A stretch of DNA of 64,000 nucleotides from Dicyema japonicum (taxonomy: Eukaryota > Animalia > Dicyemida), in the NCBI GenBank assembly GCA_011109175.1, contig RDEW01000004.1:706030-770029 (forward strand), read 5' to 3'. The notes under the pieces were generated by a model. That model saw nothing but the letters and a program-made list of their open reading frames with translations, made no database searches and had not been told where the DNA came from. Shown here piece after piece: positions 36,021 to 48,498 of this stretch (position 1 is the stretch's first letter; every line of letters begins with the position of its first letter). The position numbers and the translations under genes are program-made.

Positions 36021-38819
36021 ACGTAGAGTTAGAACCTATAAAGAGGAGTATATTTATTTTGGAATTAAAAATCCTCAGGATCCTCATAAACCGTTTTGTT
36101 TGCAATGTAGTACAGTGTTTTCCAATGAGGCAATGAAGTCATCGAACATTTGAAGCGTAAACATCCCAACTCAATTGGAAAAAACAGAATTTTTTGAACT
36201 AAAAAAATTATGAAAATAAAAACACTTTAACTTCTCTTTTTAATAAAAGTATATTTCAAAATGTTTCTGGAATATTTTATTCATACAAAGTTGCAGAGAT
36301 AACTGCAAAATTAAATATCAGAGAGTGTCATTCGCACGTGATTAGATTCATTTATTCACAAAATTTTACAAAAACGGGTATCACAAGTAATTTAAATGGA
36401 AAATTAGGGAGACAAACCATTTGCACTCGGGAAGATATACTCCCGTTGATTTGGGGAAGAAGAAGACTCGCACAAATTGAATATTTTGAATGTTATTATG
36501 AAAATCGAATATAAAAAGTTAGGTTAGAAGTCACCGAAAATTTAGAAAAAAGCCTGTAATGGACTGTTTGTTGGCAAAGCAGACGTTCTCCCTTGGATTA
36601 ATTAGTTATGAATATGCTGGGCTTACCAAAGATTGTAAGTATGGGGTTAATACATATCTTGATAAATTTCAAAAATAATATCCTTGATAAATTTCAAAAA
36701 TACGGATAACATGGGAAAATTCATGTCTACACCGGAAAATCAATTTACAAATATGAATACAGAGGTCCATAAGTAAAAAACTTCATAAATCAATAAATTT
36801 AAATTCATCAATAATATATTTTCTACCAATAAGGAACTATAACAGTAGTCAATAGTGCAGATATATACTTATTTTTAGGTTATCCAAATATTATGACAAC
36901 ATTTCAATAACAGCCTCACCACACTACTGGGTACTTCAATAATGTTCAATACAATATAAATCCGTATATGAAGAACTATAGTTAATACAAGTAATAAAAA
37001 GAAAGAAAACCCCACCACAAAGGTGTGGCAAACACGCCACGCTTAAGCGATATTGTTGTAATATGGTTTGCCATATAATAAATAATTTTTAAAAAATAAA
37101 TTATTATTAAAATTAAATACTTTTTTGTTGATGGCAGGCCAAGAATGCAGATATTGTATCGTCTGGCAAACAAAGACGTGTTTTCAACTCCACTTCTTTG
37201 AACACTGTCATTCATGTAGGACACATGAGTATTATTTATTTGAAATGTTCATTATCCAGTTTTCAAAGACAGCGGAGATCTCATACAGGATAGTCATAGA
37301 ATTAGGGGGTCATCTTCAATGGTATCAAAAGCCTCTGAGATTTATAAAAGCAAGACATTTAAACATCCTTTGGAATATCTCATCTTTTACTAAGTCTGAG
37401 ATTATTTGAAAATGAATCGTTCCTTTCCATTCGTTATCGAACAGATGATCCTTCATCGGCTTTCCTGGTTTCTCCACCATCCGTATCATAGTTGTCTTCC
37501 AGAGCTCTTTGAGAATTTTATATGACGAACAATTGTCTTTCGCTTCAGCCAATCATGTGGAGATTCTAATACATCTAAACTCAGAGATAGTCAAAGTGAG
37601 AGACTCTAAAGCCATATAAAGTGAACTATTTATCTCAGATATCCCAAACAAGAGGAAGTTTGCGTTGTATAACGTATTTCCTGTGCGTGAGAAATCATGA
37701 GGGGGGTCCCACGTAGATTAATCTATAGCTCCGAACTACATAATATACTTATAGCCTACTTTCCACAGCCAAACTCTAAAAAGTCAATAAAAGTGGAATA
37801 AGTCTACCTTTTAGAAGAAACTGAGTGATAAAGAGGACACCGTAACTCGAATCTAAATGCTTCCGAAATGAATCACATTATTTCCAACAAATGTCGTTAA
37901 GATCTGAGAGTATCGTCGATGGTTTTTAAAAAAGTGACGAAGAGGAGACGGGTGAAAGTTCTACCAAAAGAGAAAAATACTGTTGATAGCAATTTTCTCT
38001 TGGTGACACTTAGGAATCGCCCAGAAGGGAACCAATTTTTTTAGACTTCATCAATATTTCGTTTCTACGTGACTCCATCCGTTTGATATCGACAATGTCT
38101 GCCTTTGAGGTGTCTATGGATAAGCACCAATTGCCTAGATGACCCAGCGACCCATCCAGCCGCTACCAAAGTTAGCCAGTCCGAGTTGAAAATTCCTAGG
38201 AAAGTCAGTCTGAAATATTTTCCGAGTAAGATTCTTCCTGGGAATGGAATCAAATGCTTTACATATGCCCACTGTAGATAGAACGGTCTCAGATGTCTGA
38301 GTTTCTTGAAGAAGCCATAGTGAATGAAGTCACTCAGGGAGATCAGATGACTGATGGTTTAATCGTCTTAAAAGAAAATTAATATTGGCGAGAACGGTAA
38401 GCCCCTTCTCATTGGGCATGGTATCTGCTCATATTTAAGGGTTTTTCGAGTTATCTGCTAAGGATTTGTAGAGAGGGCCGTTTGGAAGGTCGAGATTGTT
38501 CAATGTCATAGGCCATTACGGCTACAGTAAAATAAGTGTTACACTACTTTTTTTATTTACCACAAAATTAATTTTACCATAAAATCGATTTTTTACCACA
38601 AATTTCTCTGCTCTCTAATTACTCGACGAAACTTTTTTTTAATATTATCGACGGCTACTAAAAAGTTTGTTTTGCCAGAGCTGTTATGACAAACCGAAAC
38701 TACAAACACAGGCAGTAAACTTTTTACTCTTATGGCCACCAAAAATTATTCAATTCAGAAATGACAAATTTGTTCGACAAATTAAAATTATCATAAATAT
38801 CAGATTTTACAAAAAATCG

Positions 38820-39050
38820 CGAATGGGTAAGAAACGCATTTCTGATGAAACGCGCACTTTAATTCTGAGATCCATCCGGGATTTACTCAGCTTGAAATAG
38901 CTCACAGTTGGGTGCTCACAGGCATCAGTATCATATATATTGAAGGAAGTAGAAAGGAACTTATTCATATCCATACTGGAGGGACAGGGAGGGCAGCCAT
39001 CACGCTGGTATTAGGAAGAAGGATAATAGACGTTAACTGAGGAGGAAGAT
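38820..39050 (+). mobile_element. Tc1-like transposase N-terminal HTH remnant
   Basis: MGKKRISDETRTLIL...VGCSQASVSYILK. Confidence 0.45.
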
Positions 39051-39589
39051 AAACTCCCAACAACAATAAAGTGCGAGATCGAGAGGAGGTTAGAGGTTTT
39101 CATGATGAGAATCAAAGTCGAACCTTACTGGCGAATCACAAAATTGACACCGCGGTATTCCAAGATACAGAGCTGACTGAATCCCCCAATAAATATATTT
39201 TCTCTTTCGATTTAATGCAATCAGTCAATAGTGCAGGAAAATGCACATGTGTGGTTACCAAAATATTCACGGCAACAATTTGATAACAAGCTACTCACCA
39301 CACTATTGGTTGACATAAATTTATTTGAAAATAAATCAATATATGAAGAACATCAGTCAGAAAATGGCCAACAAAAAAATGGGACCACAACAAAATGGCC
39401 CAAAAAAACAATAAAAAGCGCTGTTATTATAATAGTGTTTGCCACAAAATAAATTTTTTTATTTAATAAAAATTTTTTTCACGTAATTAATTTTTATTAC
39501 AAATTTAAAAAAATATTTTTCAATCTTCAATTTTTAAATATAAATTTTTAATTTTTTTAAACAAAAATTTATTAACAATAAAATATTAT

Positions 39590-40500
39590 TTATTAACTAT
39601 GGGGGAGAGCGGCTGCTGACATCACGGAGTAAGCGTTTCCGCGGATAACTGCGATACCAATTCTTTGCCTCAGCCAGACCGCTTCCCGCACGTCTTTCTT
39701 GCGGTGGGCCAATTTTCCCCCCGATTTCCTTTAGGAAAGAGGCTGTAATACTTCCGGCCGCACCAGACATCTCGATTGCTACCGGTACAAAACAGTAGCG
39801 GTTTCCAATTTCGCCATATTTTTTAATCTTAATTTTCTCGGCCAGATCGGCTGCTGATCCAGCATATTGCGCCGAGCTGAGTATCAATCGAGTTCGAGAA
39901 AGAATCCATAACAGTGGAGTCCCAACGAGCGATTTTCCCTTAGTGAACGGAAAGATAGTTTAACCCATCCGGTCTTTTCCCATCTCCGCGGTCCAATCCC
40001 ACAGGTTCCAATACTGCCGGGAAGCCTGCCGCTTCAAGAGCTCGCAAGACAATGTTGTTCATAGCAGCATGGCGGGGTGCTCTGCCCGCACTCCTTTTGC
40101 ACGAGAGCGGGTGCAGCCCTTTGGCATCGACGATCCCTCCACTGCGACATTGGTGTTCGACGCAACATCAGCTCCCAGGCGTTGTGCGATTCCAATCCGA
40201 ATACAGTCATCGTCCAATAGGGTCCCCAGGGAGGAAGACGGGAGTGCATCCAGCCACGCTCCGCTCCCATGGTTGGCGGCGGACACGAGGCATGCAAGAC
40301 GATGCTGGTTGGCCTCAGACTTTAGCACGTCGAAGATATTCTTGGAGTAAATATCATCCCAGTCACGTTGCCTCGAAGGATCGTTCGGCATATCCAAACC
40401 AGTTTCACACCATTCGCAACGAGCTTCGTCGAAGACTTTTTCCCAAGAGAGTCCGGTTGTAATACGTAGGATTTCTTGGACCAAAAGGCTTTCCACTTGA
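39590..40500 (-). mobile_element. CRE-like 5'-truncated copy (linker, knuckle, RLE), frameshifted
   Basis: RQRDWD, HRLACL, SGAWLDALP..LGTLLDD, EPVGLDRGDGKRPDG, AEKIKIKKY, FVPVAIEMSG; 3' TAGTTAATAAAT as at 61160. Confidence 0.88.
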
Positions 40501-42858
40501 TTTACAAAAAAATACATCCCAAAATACTTGAGTGAATTTCGACCAACTGCTAACTTTTTCGAAAAATGTAAAAGACCAATGCACAAGGCCTTGTAAATCG
40601 ACATCTAAAAGATGTGTCAGGCTCTAAGTCAAAGCCACGAAGGTATAACAATTCATTCGGGCCATAATTAACTATACAAGTTTGGTTCTTCTTTAGATAA
40701 GGGATAGGACTTCCTCCATGCTCCGCTGTTATCCGCCTTCTAACGAAGACTCTCCAGATCTTCAGAGGTTAGCAGTCTCATTTTTATCTTAGACAGTCAT
40801 CAGTTAGATCAGTTGGTATGGATGTTCTTGGTCTTTCTCGATATTTTCCTGTACCTGCTGGAGTGGAGTAATATTCCATCGCTTAGTTGGCGAAGGTTAA
40901 AGTGTATAATCTCTGACAGTTTTCTGACCTAATTGAAGAGATAAAGCTATTGAGTGAATTCCTTCATGCAACTGCTCCCATTGACAATTCGTAGTTGTCT
41001 TCGCTGGAACGCATCCATTTTGGTTAGTTCAATACCAGCTATCCCCCATTGTTGCGGCGTTGTACATTAGAATCGGGACTTACATATACACGATTTTGAT
41101 TCACAAGAACCATCAGACGAAAATACTACGCTGTCTTTCTCTCTAATAGACGAATCAGAATAATTTCTTCCAAGGGACATCCGGGTTAATTTAGCTCGCC
41201 AATGTTGTTGACACCACTCCTCTATGCCTGGTAGAGAATTTCGTGGGATTATGTTTGAAGTACTCGAAAGGATTCAGGCATTCTGTTCTCCCTTCGTCTC
41301 AGATTGTTTGATACCCTCTGTGAAGCCGATTCTTTGGTCTCTCCTGGAACTGAAATAGCCAATGCAAATAAAGAACAGAGGGTTATACGAAAGATGCCTC
41401 AGGGACAGAGGCCCAGTGGAATCTGTTTGGAACATTTTAAGAATGGACCAACCATGCTAGCTAATTTCATGATGGAAGACTATTTCGCAGTATCTGGGGA
41501 GAGATTACATGGAGGTTCACGCACAACACTTCCCCAAATTCTCAATAATGATTTGAGGTTGGTACAGGAAACACTGAGGGATGGCTAAGACGACAAGATG
41601 CGTGGGACCTTACTTCCACCGATTGGATAGTAGCGAGATTTCGAACTTGGGACCTTCACAATGGCCCAGTTTATATCATTTCAAATAATAATTAAGTTAA
41701 AAACAGAAAAAAACATGGCCATTAATTGATCCCAACCTTTCTCAGCAACAACCTCATCTCTGAGATCCCACCCACCTCCTTTAAACTTTTGCTAATAGAA
41801 GGGATTAATTATGCTAAACCATAAACCATTTTTCCTCACTAAAGTTTTGAGGAGGTAAGGTATTTTGAGGAGGAGAAAACTCTTAAAAGTTTTATTACTG
41901 AGTACTTAGAGTCTTTGAATTTTTTTTAGATTTGTATTCCAGGGGTGCGACCGTAACTGAAGGTTGGCTCAATCTACTTGGTATATAGGGAACCTAGCAT
42001 TGGGGGGGGGGGGGGAGATTTCGTGTATTGTCCAAAAATCACTTTAATGAAGTTGAGTTTCTTTGGCAAAAAAATAACACATTTCTCACTGTTTTCTGAA
42101 GTCACGTGGAAGTTAAACGTGACATCCAATAGTCACCTCATACAAAAATTAACTCTGAATGGAGAGCATAATCCAATAAAAAGATCCCTTCGATCCTTGG
42201 AGTCACATTGGACTCACTGTTTACACATATCATATTAGACCAAAAATTGGAATGCTAAGACCTTCGCCAGATCCCCGAGCCATCCCCCGATGGATTGCAT
42301 CGCAGTCCACATTCGACACAAAACAAACTCGGAATTATCACTGTCTCCTAATTTTACCGAAATGCATCAAACGGACGACTACCTCATCATTAAGGAATCG
42401 ATTAATGGTAAAAAGTGTTTGAACATCTGAGGACTCGGTGTCTATGCTGTGGATGCATTTGATTTCTGTATAGAAGAGAAGTTCGAGATCTCTTTGCTTG
42501 CCCTGGACACTATTTCGATAATTTTTTGGAGTAAAAAATCGTGCCAAATAACCCCATGGGCTCATTTTCTGAAAACTCCGATGCAATCCTTCCGTTCGAC
42601 GAGGAGAAGCCACTGGTATCTACTTCCAATCACATAGTAACATCATCGGAGTGCAGCAAAGGCGCTATTTGCTGCAGACAATGCGGGAAGGCTAAAAAGA
42701 AGAAACACATAAAGTTTCTCAAAGATATCCCAAACTTATCTTCCACTCATAGGTGGAGATGACGACGTAGTATAATATGTCACATGGGCGGCGCGTAACG
42801 CATGGGCAGCCTGTTACATTTTTTCGACCTTGAAAAGGTCTTTTGATTATCCGACATT

Positions 42859-42965
42859 ATTATTATTATTACCCCCAGGATCACTGGGTCAAAAAGAAAG
42901 AAATAAAAATTCTCATCTAACTAAGTGATCCCAGACCGACAAAGGTGAGGATGAGTCTCTCATTA
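42859..42965 (-). mobile_element. Short 5'-truncated copy of the (TAA)n-tailed retroposon; 14-bp TSD
   Basis: TSD gattatccgacatt at 42845-42858 and 42966-42979. Confidence 0.9.
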
Positions 42966-43107
42966 GATTATCCGACATTTAATTTTATATATCCGATTTA
43001 TATCGTGATTTAATTCTGTTAAATTAGTTTTTTATTCATAAATGTTATGATTATAAAGATTTTATTTTTTATAGCGGTAAACCTAGATTTCTAGCGTGAT
43101 TTATAGC

Positions 43108-44379
43108 ATGGAAGATTATTTTGTTGCAATGGCTTCTTACAAGGGTTTTGTGAAAGATTGCGTTGAATATCAAACTTTAAAAGATGCTTTGCTGATAAAT
43201 TTCCCGAAAATCTTCCGAGACACCGAAAATATAGGCTTGTAAAGAAGATAGAGAATTTTTCTATTATCAATGACAGGTATTGTAAATTTTCAATAATTTT
43301 AGACTATCTTAAATCAACTGATCCCAAGTTAGTCATATCCCTGGATAATGAAACCGAAATGGAGCATGTTGCGAAATCGTTGCACAAGTTTTCACACGGA
43401 GGAGTCAATAAAATTGAGTATGAATGTCGACACAGATACTTCACTGTAAAGAATGAGATTATCAGAAAAGTCATTCGAAATTGTGAAGTCTGCAAATTTT
43501 CGCTGGTAAAGAAGTATGTGAAAACTTAAGATCTTTGTTCCGCCTGAATGGGCCATGTAAATTTCTTCAGTCGGACAATGGTTCTGAATTTAAAAATCAA
43601 GAAATAACAAAACTTTGCGGAGATTTTAACATTAAGCAAATTCACGGAAGGCCTAACAATCCACGAGCACAAGGAATTGTCGAAAGAATCAGACGATCAC
43701 GAGGAAGTTGTCAAAAATGCTGGATAACAGTGAAAAAAAGTGGCTTGATGAATTAGAAAGTGCTGTCTACAGTTACAACATATCGGTCCATTCATTTTCT
43801 AACGAAAGTCCTTTCGAAAGATATCGAGGAATTAAGGGAATAAATTCAATAATTAATGGTTATACTTATATCACATTATGACTTAGATAATTTAAGTGAT
43901 GAGTGTGCGATTCCAGAACAAATTGACGATTTGGTTAATTGTTCGACTCCAGAATCTATTGAAAATTTACGTAGTTTGATTTAAAAAATTTATATCTAGA
44001 TAATTCCCAGTCAGATAATTTGTGTCCGAATGCGAAGAGATTCAATTTCGAAATTAAATCGATTGAAGAAAATTTGAATTATTACAAAGCTATGAACAGG
44101 AAAATGAATGTTCATAATAGTAAATATACTTTTAACATGGGAGATAAAGTATGAATCAAAAACATTAATAAATAGGTTCGGGCTAAAAAGGACTTTGAAA
44201 CAAATCCCTCATTGCGACTGGATAAGTTTGAGTCTCAGTATTATCCAGTTGCAGAAATAATTAATATTTTATCGAATAATCGCGTGGAGGTAGTTTTAAA
44301 TAGTTTAATTTGATAGATAAAAAATTCGAAAGGAGAAATATCGACTGTATTAATGAGTAGACTAAAAAAAGTTACTTAA
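43108..44379 (+). pseudogene. Ginger integrase/transposase gene with five micro-introns; first catalytic Asp region deleted
   Basis: H2C2 finger HKFSHGG...CEVC; LQSDNGSEF, HGRPNNPRAQGIVER; introns 43277-43302, 43859-43886, 43971-43999, 44149-44175 and 44290-44316. Confidence 0.85.
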
Positions 44380-45100
44380 ATTTAATTTTTTATGGTTAAT
44401 AAATCATTTATATAATTAATTGAAGTTAATCTTGGTTCAAGGTTAATGTAACAGGCTGCCCATAGGTAACGCTTGGCCCATGTGACATAATAACAAGATT
44501 ATCGTTAAAATGAAGAATTCTAAGAACAAGGTAATCAATGACACATGTCTTTAAAATACAGCTGACAGGAGGTTTGAAGGAACGTGAGGTACAAAAAGAT
44601 AAACGAAGCAATCACATAGGACTTGAGAGATGGAATACTGAGCAAATAAAACCTCTTGGACTCCACCGACAAAAGACCTGACTTTTTCTGTGGAAGGGTG
44701 GGCTTGAGAGAGTGGAACTAACAAATAATGCAAGCATAACGTTAGTCAAGTTATGACAATTCCTTACAAACTACTAAAAATGGAGTAACTTAAAACTTTC
44801 CTTAATCCCCCAATTTAATAAAAGGCCTCGAATCATTAACTTTCTGTTCAATCTCCATATCACTACCCACCTTGTCGAAAGATACTGATCTAGGACTTCT
44901 TCAAATCCTTAAATGAGTTAGTTAATTCACCTATCTCATAAGACGCCCAATGCCTGACGGACGTCCTAAAAGATCTATCTCTCCTCTACTGCGGGGGAGG
45001 TGTTCCACAAGATACGTTTCACTCTGAGCACGGAAACTGGGTATACCAAATAAACGAAAAATTTAAAAACGAAAAAATAAAATAAATCCGAGTATACATT

Positions 45101-47023
45101 CTAATCAATATCATCATAATCTGGGGGAGGATATTCAAATGACCCTAATATAGACGAAAGGATATCCAATGTTCGATATCTCCAGTTCTAGAAAATCAGC
45201 AAATCATCTCACCTCTATATCATCAAGCACACCTCTGGAAAAAGTCTCCGGTTCCTTACCCACTCTAAAATACAGCAGTTAGAATTTTACAAATCGGGGG
45301 AAGCCTTTCTGGAATCAACCGGGGGTAGTGGGTCATAATCAACGACTATTTCACCAAACTTTATACAGTACTACTGATTCAGATAAAAAATACATTCACA
45401 TAATTCAAGGTATCAGGGATCTTTTCCAAAAAAATATGTCGACCAACAGAACGAGGCAAATACTTGTAGCTTTCAACGTCATTCACAGTGAGAATCCCAG
45501 AATCCAACGCGTTCTCCTCCATTAATTTAGTGAGGGACAACTCAAACAGACAAAAAACGGGGGAAGAACTGTCTTGAAAAAAATAATCGATCCTCTGGGA
45601 GTACATAATTATCAAAGCATCAAGAAATATGACATCACTACCAAATATCACAAATAAAATAACGTTTTAAACTGTCGGGGTAAATATAGCTTGTGCCAAG
45701 TCGGCAAGTTGGGGATCCAAGTGAGGAAAGTGGGGAAGCTCCGGATGGCCGAACAGCACTAGGAGTACAAAGCAGAAATAAACTCCCAAAACAGCCTTTT
45801 CTTTGTCCCCAGTGAATAAACGAGCGATGGGGACGGAGAATGCAAAATTCGGTAACAAATGCAAGTTTTTAACATCCTCAAGTAAACCAAGATAAAATAC
45901 CTTAAAATTTTCGTAAAAATTTATCAAAAATTGATATTCTTTAGCTTTGAGAGCTAGATGGTCGATTATTAGCAACATTCCCAGATTATCCTCGAAAGGA
46001 TCCAAGCTAGGGTCAATAAGAGGGTTACGTAAATATGACTTTGGCAACTTCTAGTGCTGTTCTATAACAAAATTTATTTCTTGAAGCCTCCATGTATCTG
46101 TAGAGAGTATAAAATAAAGTTCTATTCTCTTCCACAGCGAAATCAAGGATCCTTATTTGCCCAGATGAATTAACAGGAGATGTGATATTAAAATGGACAT
46201 CAAAGTTCATTTTGAATATAAATAAAGCCAATTCTAATGATTATTTATGTTGGCAACCCAAAATATCAATAGATTCTCTAGAATCTTCTATAATTACGCG
46301 GGAAATAAAGAGCAAAGTGTTGATGTGGAATGGACATTCTTTTCGTAGATTCTTAATGATAAATAATGCTACAATCAGGGAGTCATAGTCATTGTTCGTG
46401 ACACTCGATCTGAATACCTCCTCGGCACTTTGGTACTGCTTGTTGTGGGTAATGACAAATTTGCATCCTTCTGTCATCTTCATTTGAATTCCTAGTGGTC
46501 AAATTATACACAAACCCGGGTTTTTATAACTATGATGCCAATCTTGCCTTACTGTGCCAAAAATGTGTCTCTTTGGGTTTTCATTCTCACTAGTTTTAAA
46601 AAAAACACGACCTTCTGAGAGTACGCACATTTTCTGTCTGAAAAACCTGTCTGCGTTCGTTTTCAAGGTTAAGTTTTCTAGAATCAATTTTGACAAATTT
46701 TTCTATTCTTTCAGCAAAGGAAAGCTCTTTTTCGATAAATTCAACAATTTTGGGGGGTTCTGGCAATTTTGACTAAAATATATAAGATTGGAGAACCTTC
46801 TTATTTTTATGATACTTTTTGAAGACTTTAACCTCGGTTTCCACGTCTTCCTGTGGGTCGTAGCTGCCCTCGGAGAATTCTTGTTCCAACTAAAGTAGGT
46901 TGTAGATAATACAAGGTCAAAGTTGAACGATGGCTTGATACTTTCTTCACTCTCTGATTGAGAGGAAGATTGGTCTTGGGCAGAGTTCTCCTTTTCTATA
47001 AGATTCACTAGTCTTCTAGACAT
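45101..47023 (-). CDS. TCF25: TCF25 / Rqc1 ribosome quality-control factor; about 13 micro-introns
   Basis: CPFHINTLL, LDFAVEENRTLFYTLYRYM, CYRTALEVAK..LDPFEDNLGMLLIIDHLALKAKEY, LPNFAFSVPIA, YDPLPP.DS. Confidence 0.92.
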
Positions 47024-48498
47024 TATCGCTTTTAGGTCAGACTCACAAACGAATGTATAATTTAAATATAATATAAAATATTAATATTAGAAATTTAAAA
47101 ACATATTTATTAAAAATATAAATTATTTATTTTTTTAGCATTTTGTGTTAAAAGTTATATTAATATATTTGACTTGTAGAGAATGCCCTTGGATACGAAG
47201 GAACCTTTGGAAACTACCGGATTATCTTACTCCCATCAGACAATCGTCATGACCCCGTAATAAGAGAATTGTCCGAACAGCAGAAGGAAACACGTTCGAA
47301 ACTGGGAAGTTCAAATTCGAATAAAAGTGCATCAAAGAGAAAACGTAATCAAATATCACATTTGATAATAAAACGATTGAATTACGATCGAATTACCTCT
47401 GGCACAAATATTTGGACGACAAGGCTACTGAAATTGAAAACTGTCAGTATGAAAGACGAGTGTGGGCGAAGATGGCGAGGAGGATGGCTTAAGCGAATTC
47501 CTTTTAGGGCTACATGAAGGAGCTTTTAACTAACTAGCTTGTAGTGAAGTATGGCAACGTACGAGATTGCCGTTTGTGTGGTCCACGGTGGCGTCAGGTG
47601 TTTCCCTACAAGAAAAATGACTACTCTCCCCCCATTTTGATCCTTTGCCAGAGGATAACTCTCCGAAGTCATTTTACTTTCAGGCGATGTTGAATTGAAT
47701 AAGAGGGAAAGTACTAAAGTTACGGACATACCTCAAAAAACAAAATTTCGACGTAGTTGCCAGCCAAGAAACCAGATTAACACCTTCCTCCATAATTCCC
47801 TCCTTTCCGGGATACAACTGCATCTGCGTGGATCGGTTAAACCGGATTGACAGGGAGTCTCCTGCTCATTACCAAAAACGGTTTGCATTATAAAGATACC
47901 ACAGATGACCTCGAGGCGACAATTCAAGATGGCGTATCAGAAATATCTGGAATTATCTTTTTTGGAAAGACCATCATTGCCAACATACATGTCCCATTCT
48001 CTCCGACCCTATTAGAGGACGGTCCCTATTAGAACAATTCTCTGCCTTGTCTATTCTTAACAACCGAAGACCCACACTATGACCCCTTATAATGATAACG
48101 AATATTTTACCTCTCCGGACCTTACACTATCCATCGGCCATCTCATGGTAGTAGACTACGATTTTAATCCAATCATCATCAGGATCAAGAAACCCTTTCC
48201 ACACATGAACAAAACTATGTTTTTTTCAATTACAAGAGGGCCAACTGGGAGGGATACGCCAACTTCACCGACACAATACTACAAAACTTTGATGCTAAAC
48301 TGTTCAAATCAATTGATGAAGCTGTCAAGGCGATCTTATTGGGTAGAAAACTATTTATTCCGAAATGCTCTTTCAAACTCTACGAAGAAAATCTGGATCG
48401 GGAGATAAAAATTCTCATCAAAGAAAGGAACCTTCTTAAAAAGAATCTCTTTCCTATGTCCGACGGAAGAAAGCAAATCAAGAACCTCAGTGATACTA

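Larger units (their letters stand above)
42778..44487 (+). mobile_element. Ginger2/TDD-type DNA transposon (retroviral-like integrase as transposase)
   Basis: ~43-bp TIRs TGTCACATGGGC...CTGTTACATT; TG..CA ends; 5-bp TSD taata (42773-42777 and 44488-44492). Confidence 0.9.

Noticed and set aside
37200-37860. Gene on the minus strand
   Set aside because: No coherent spliced frame or known motif found by eye.
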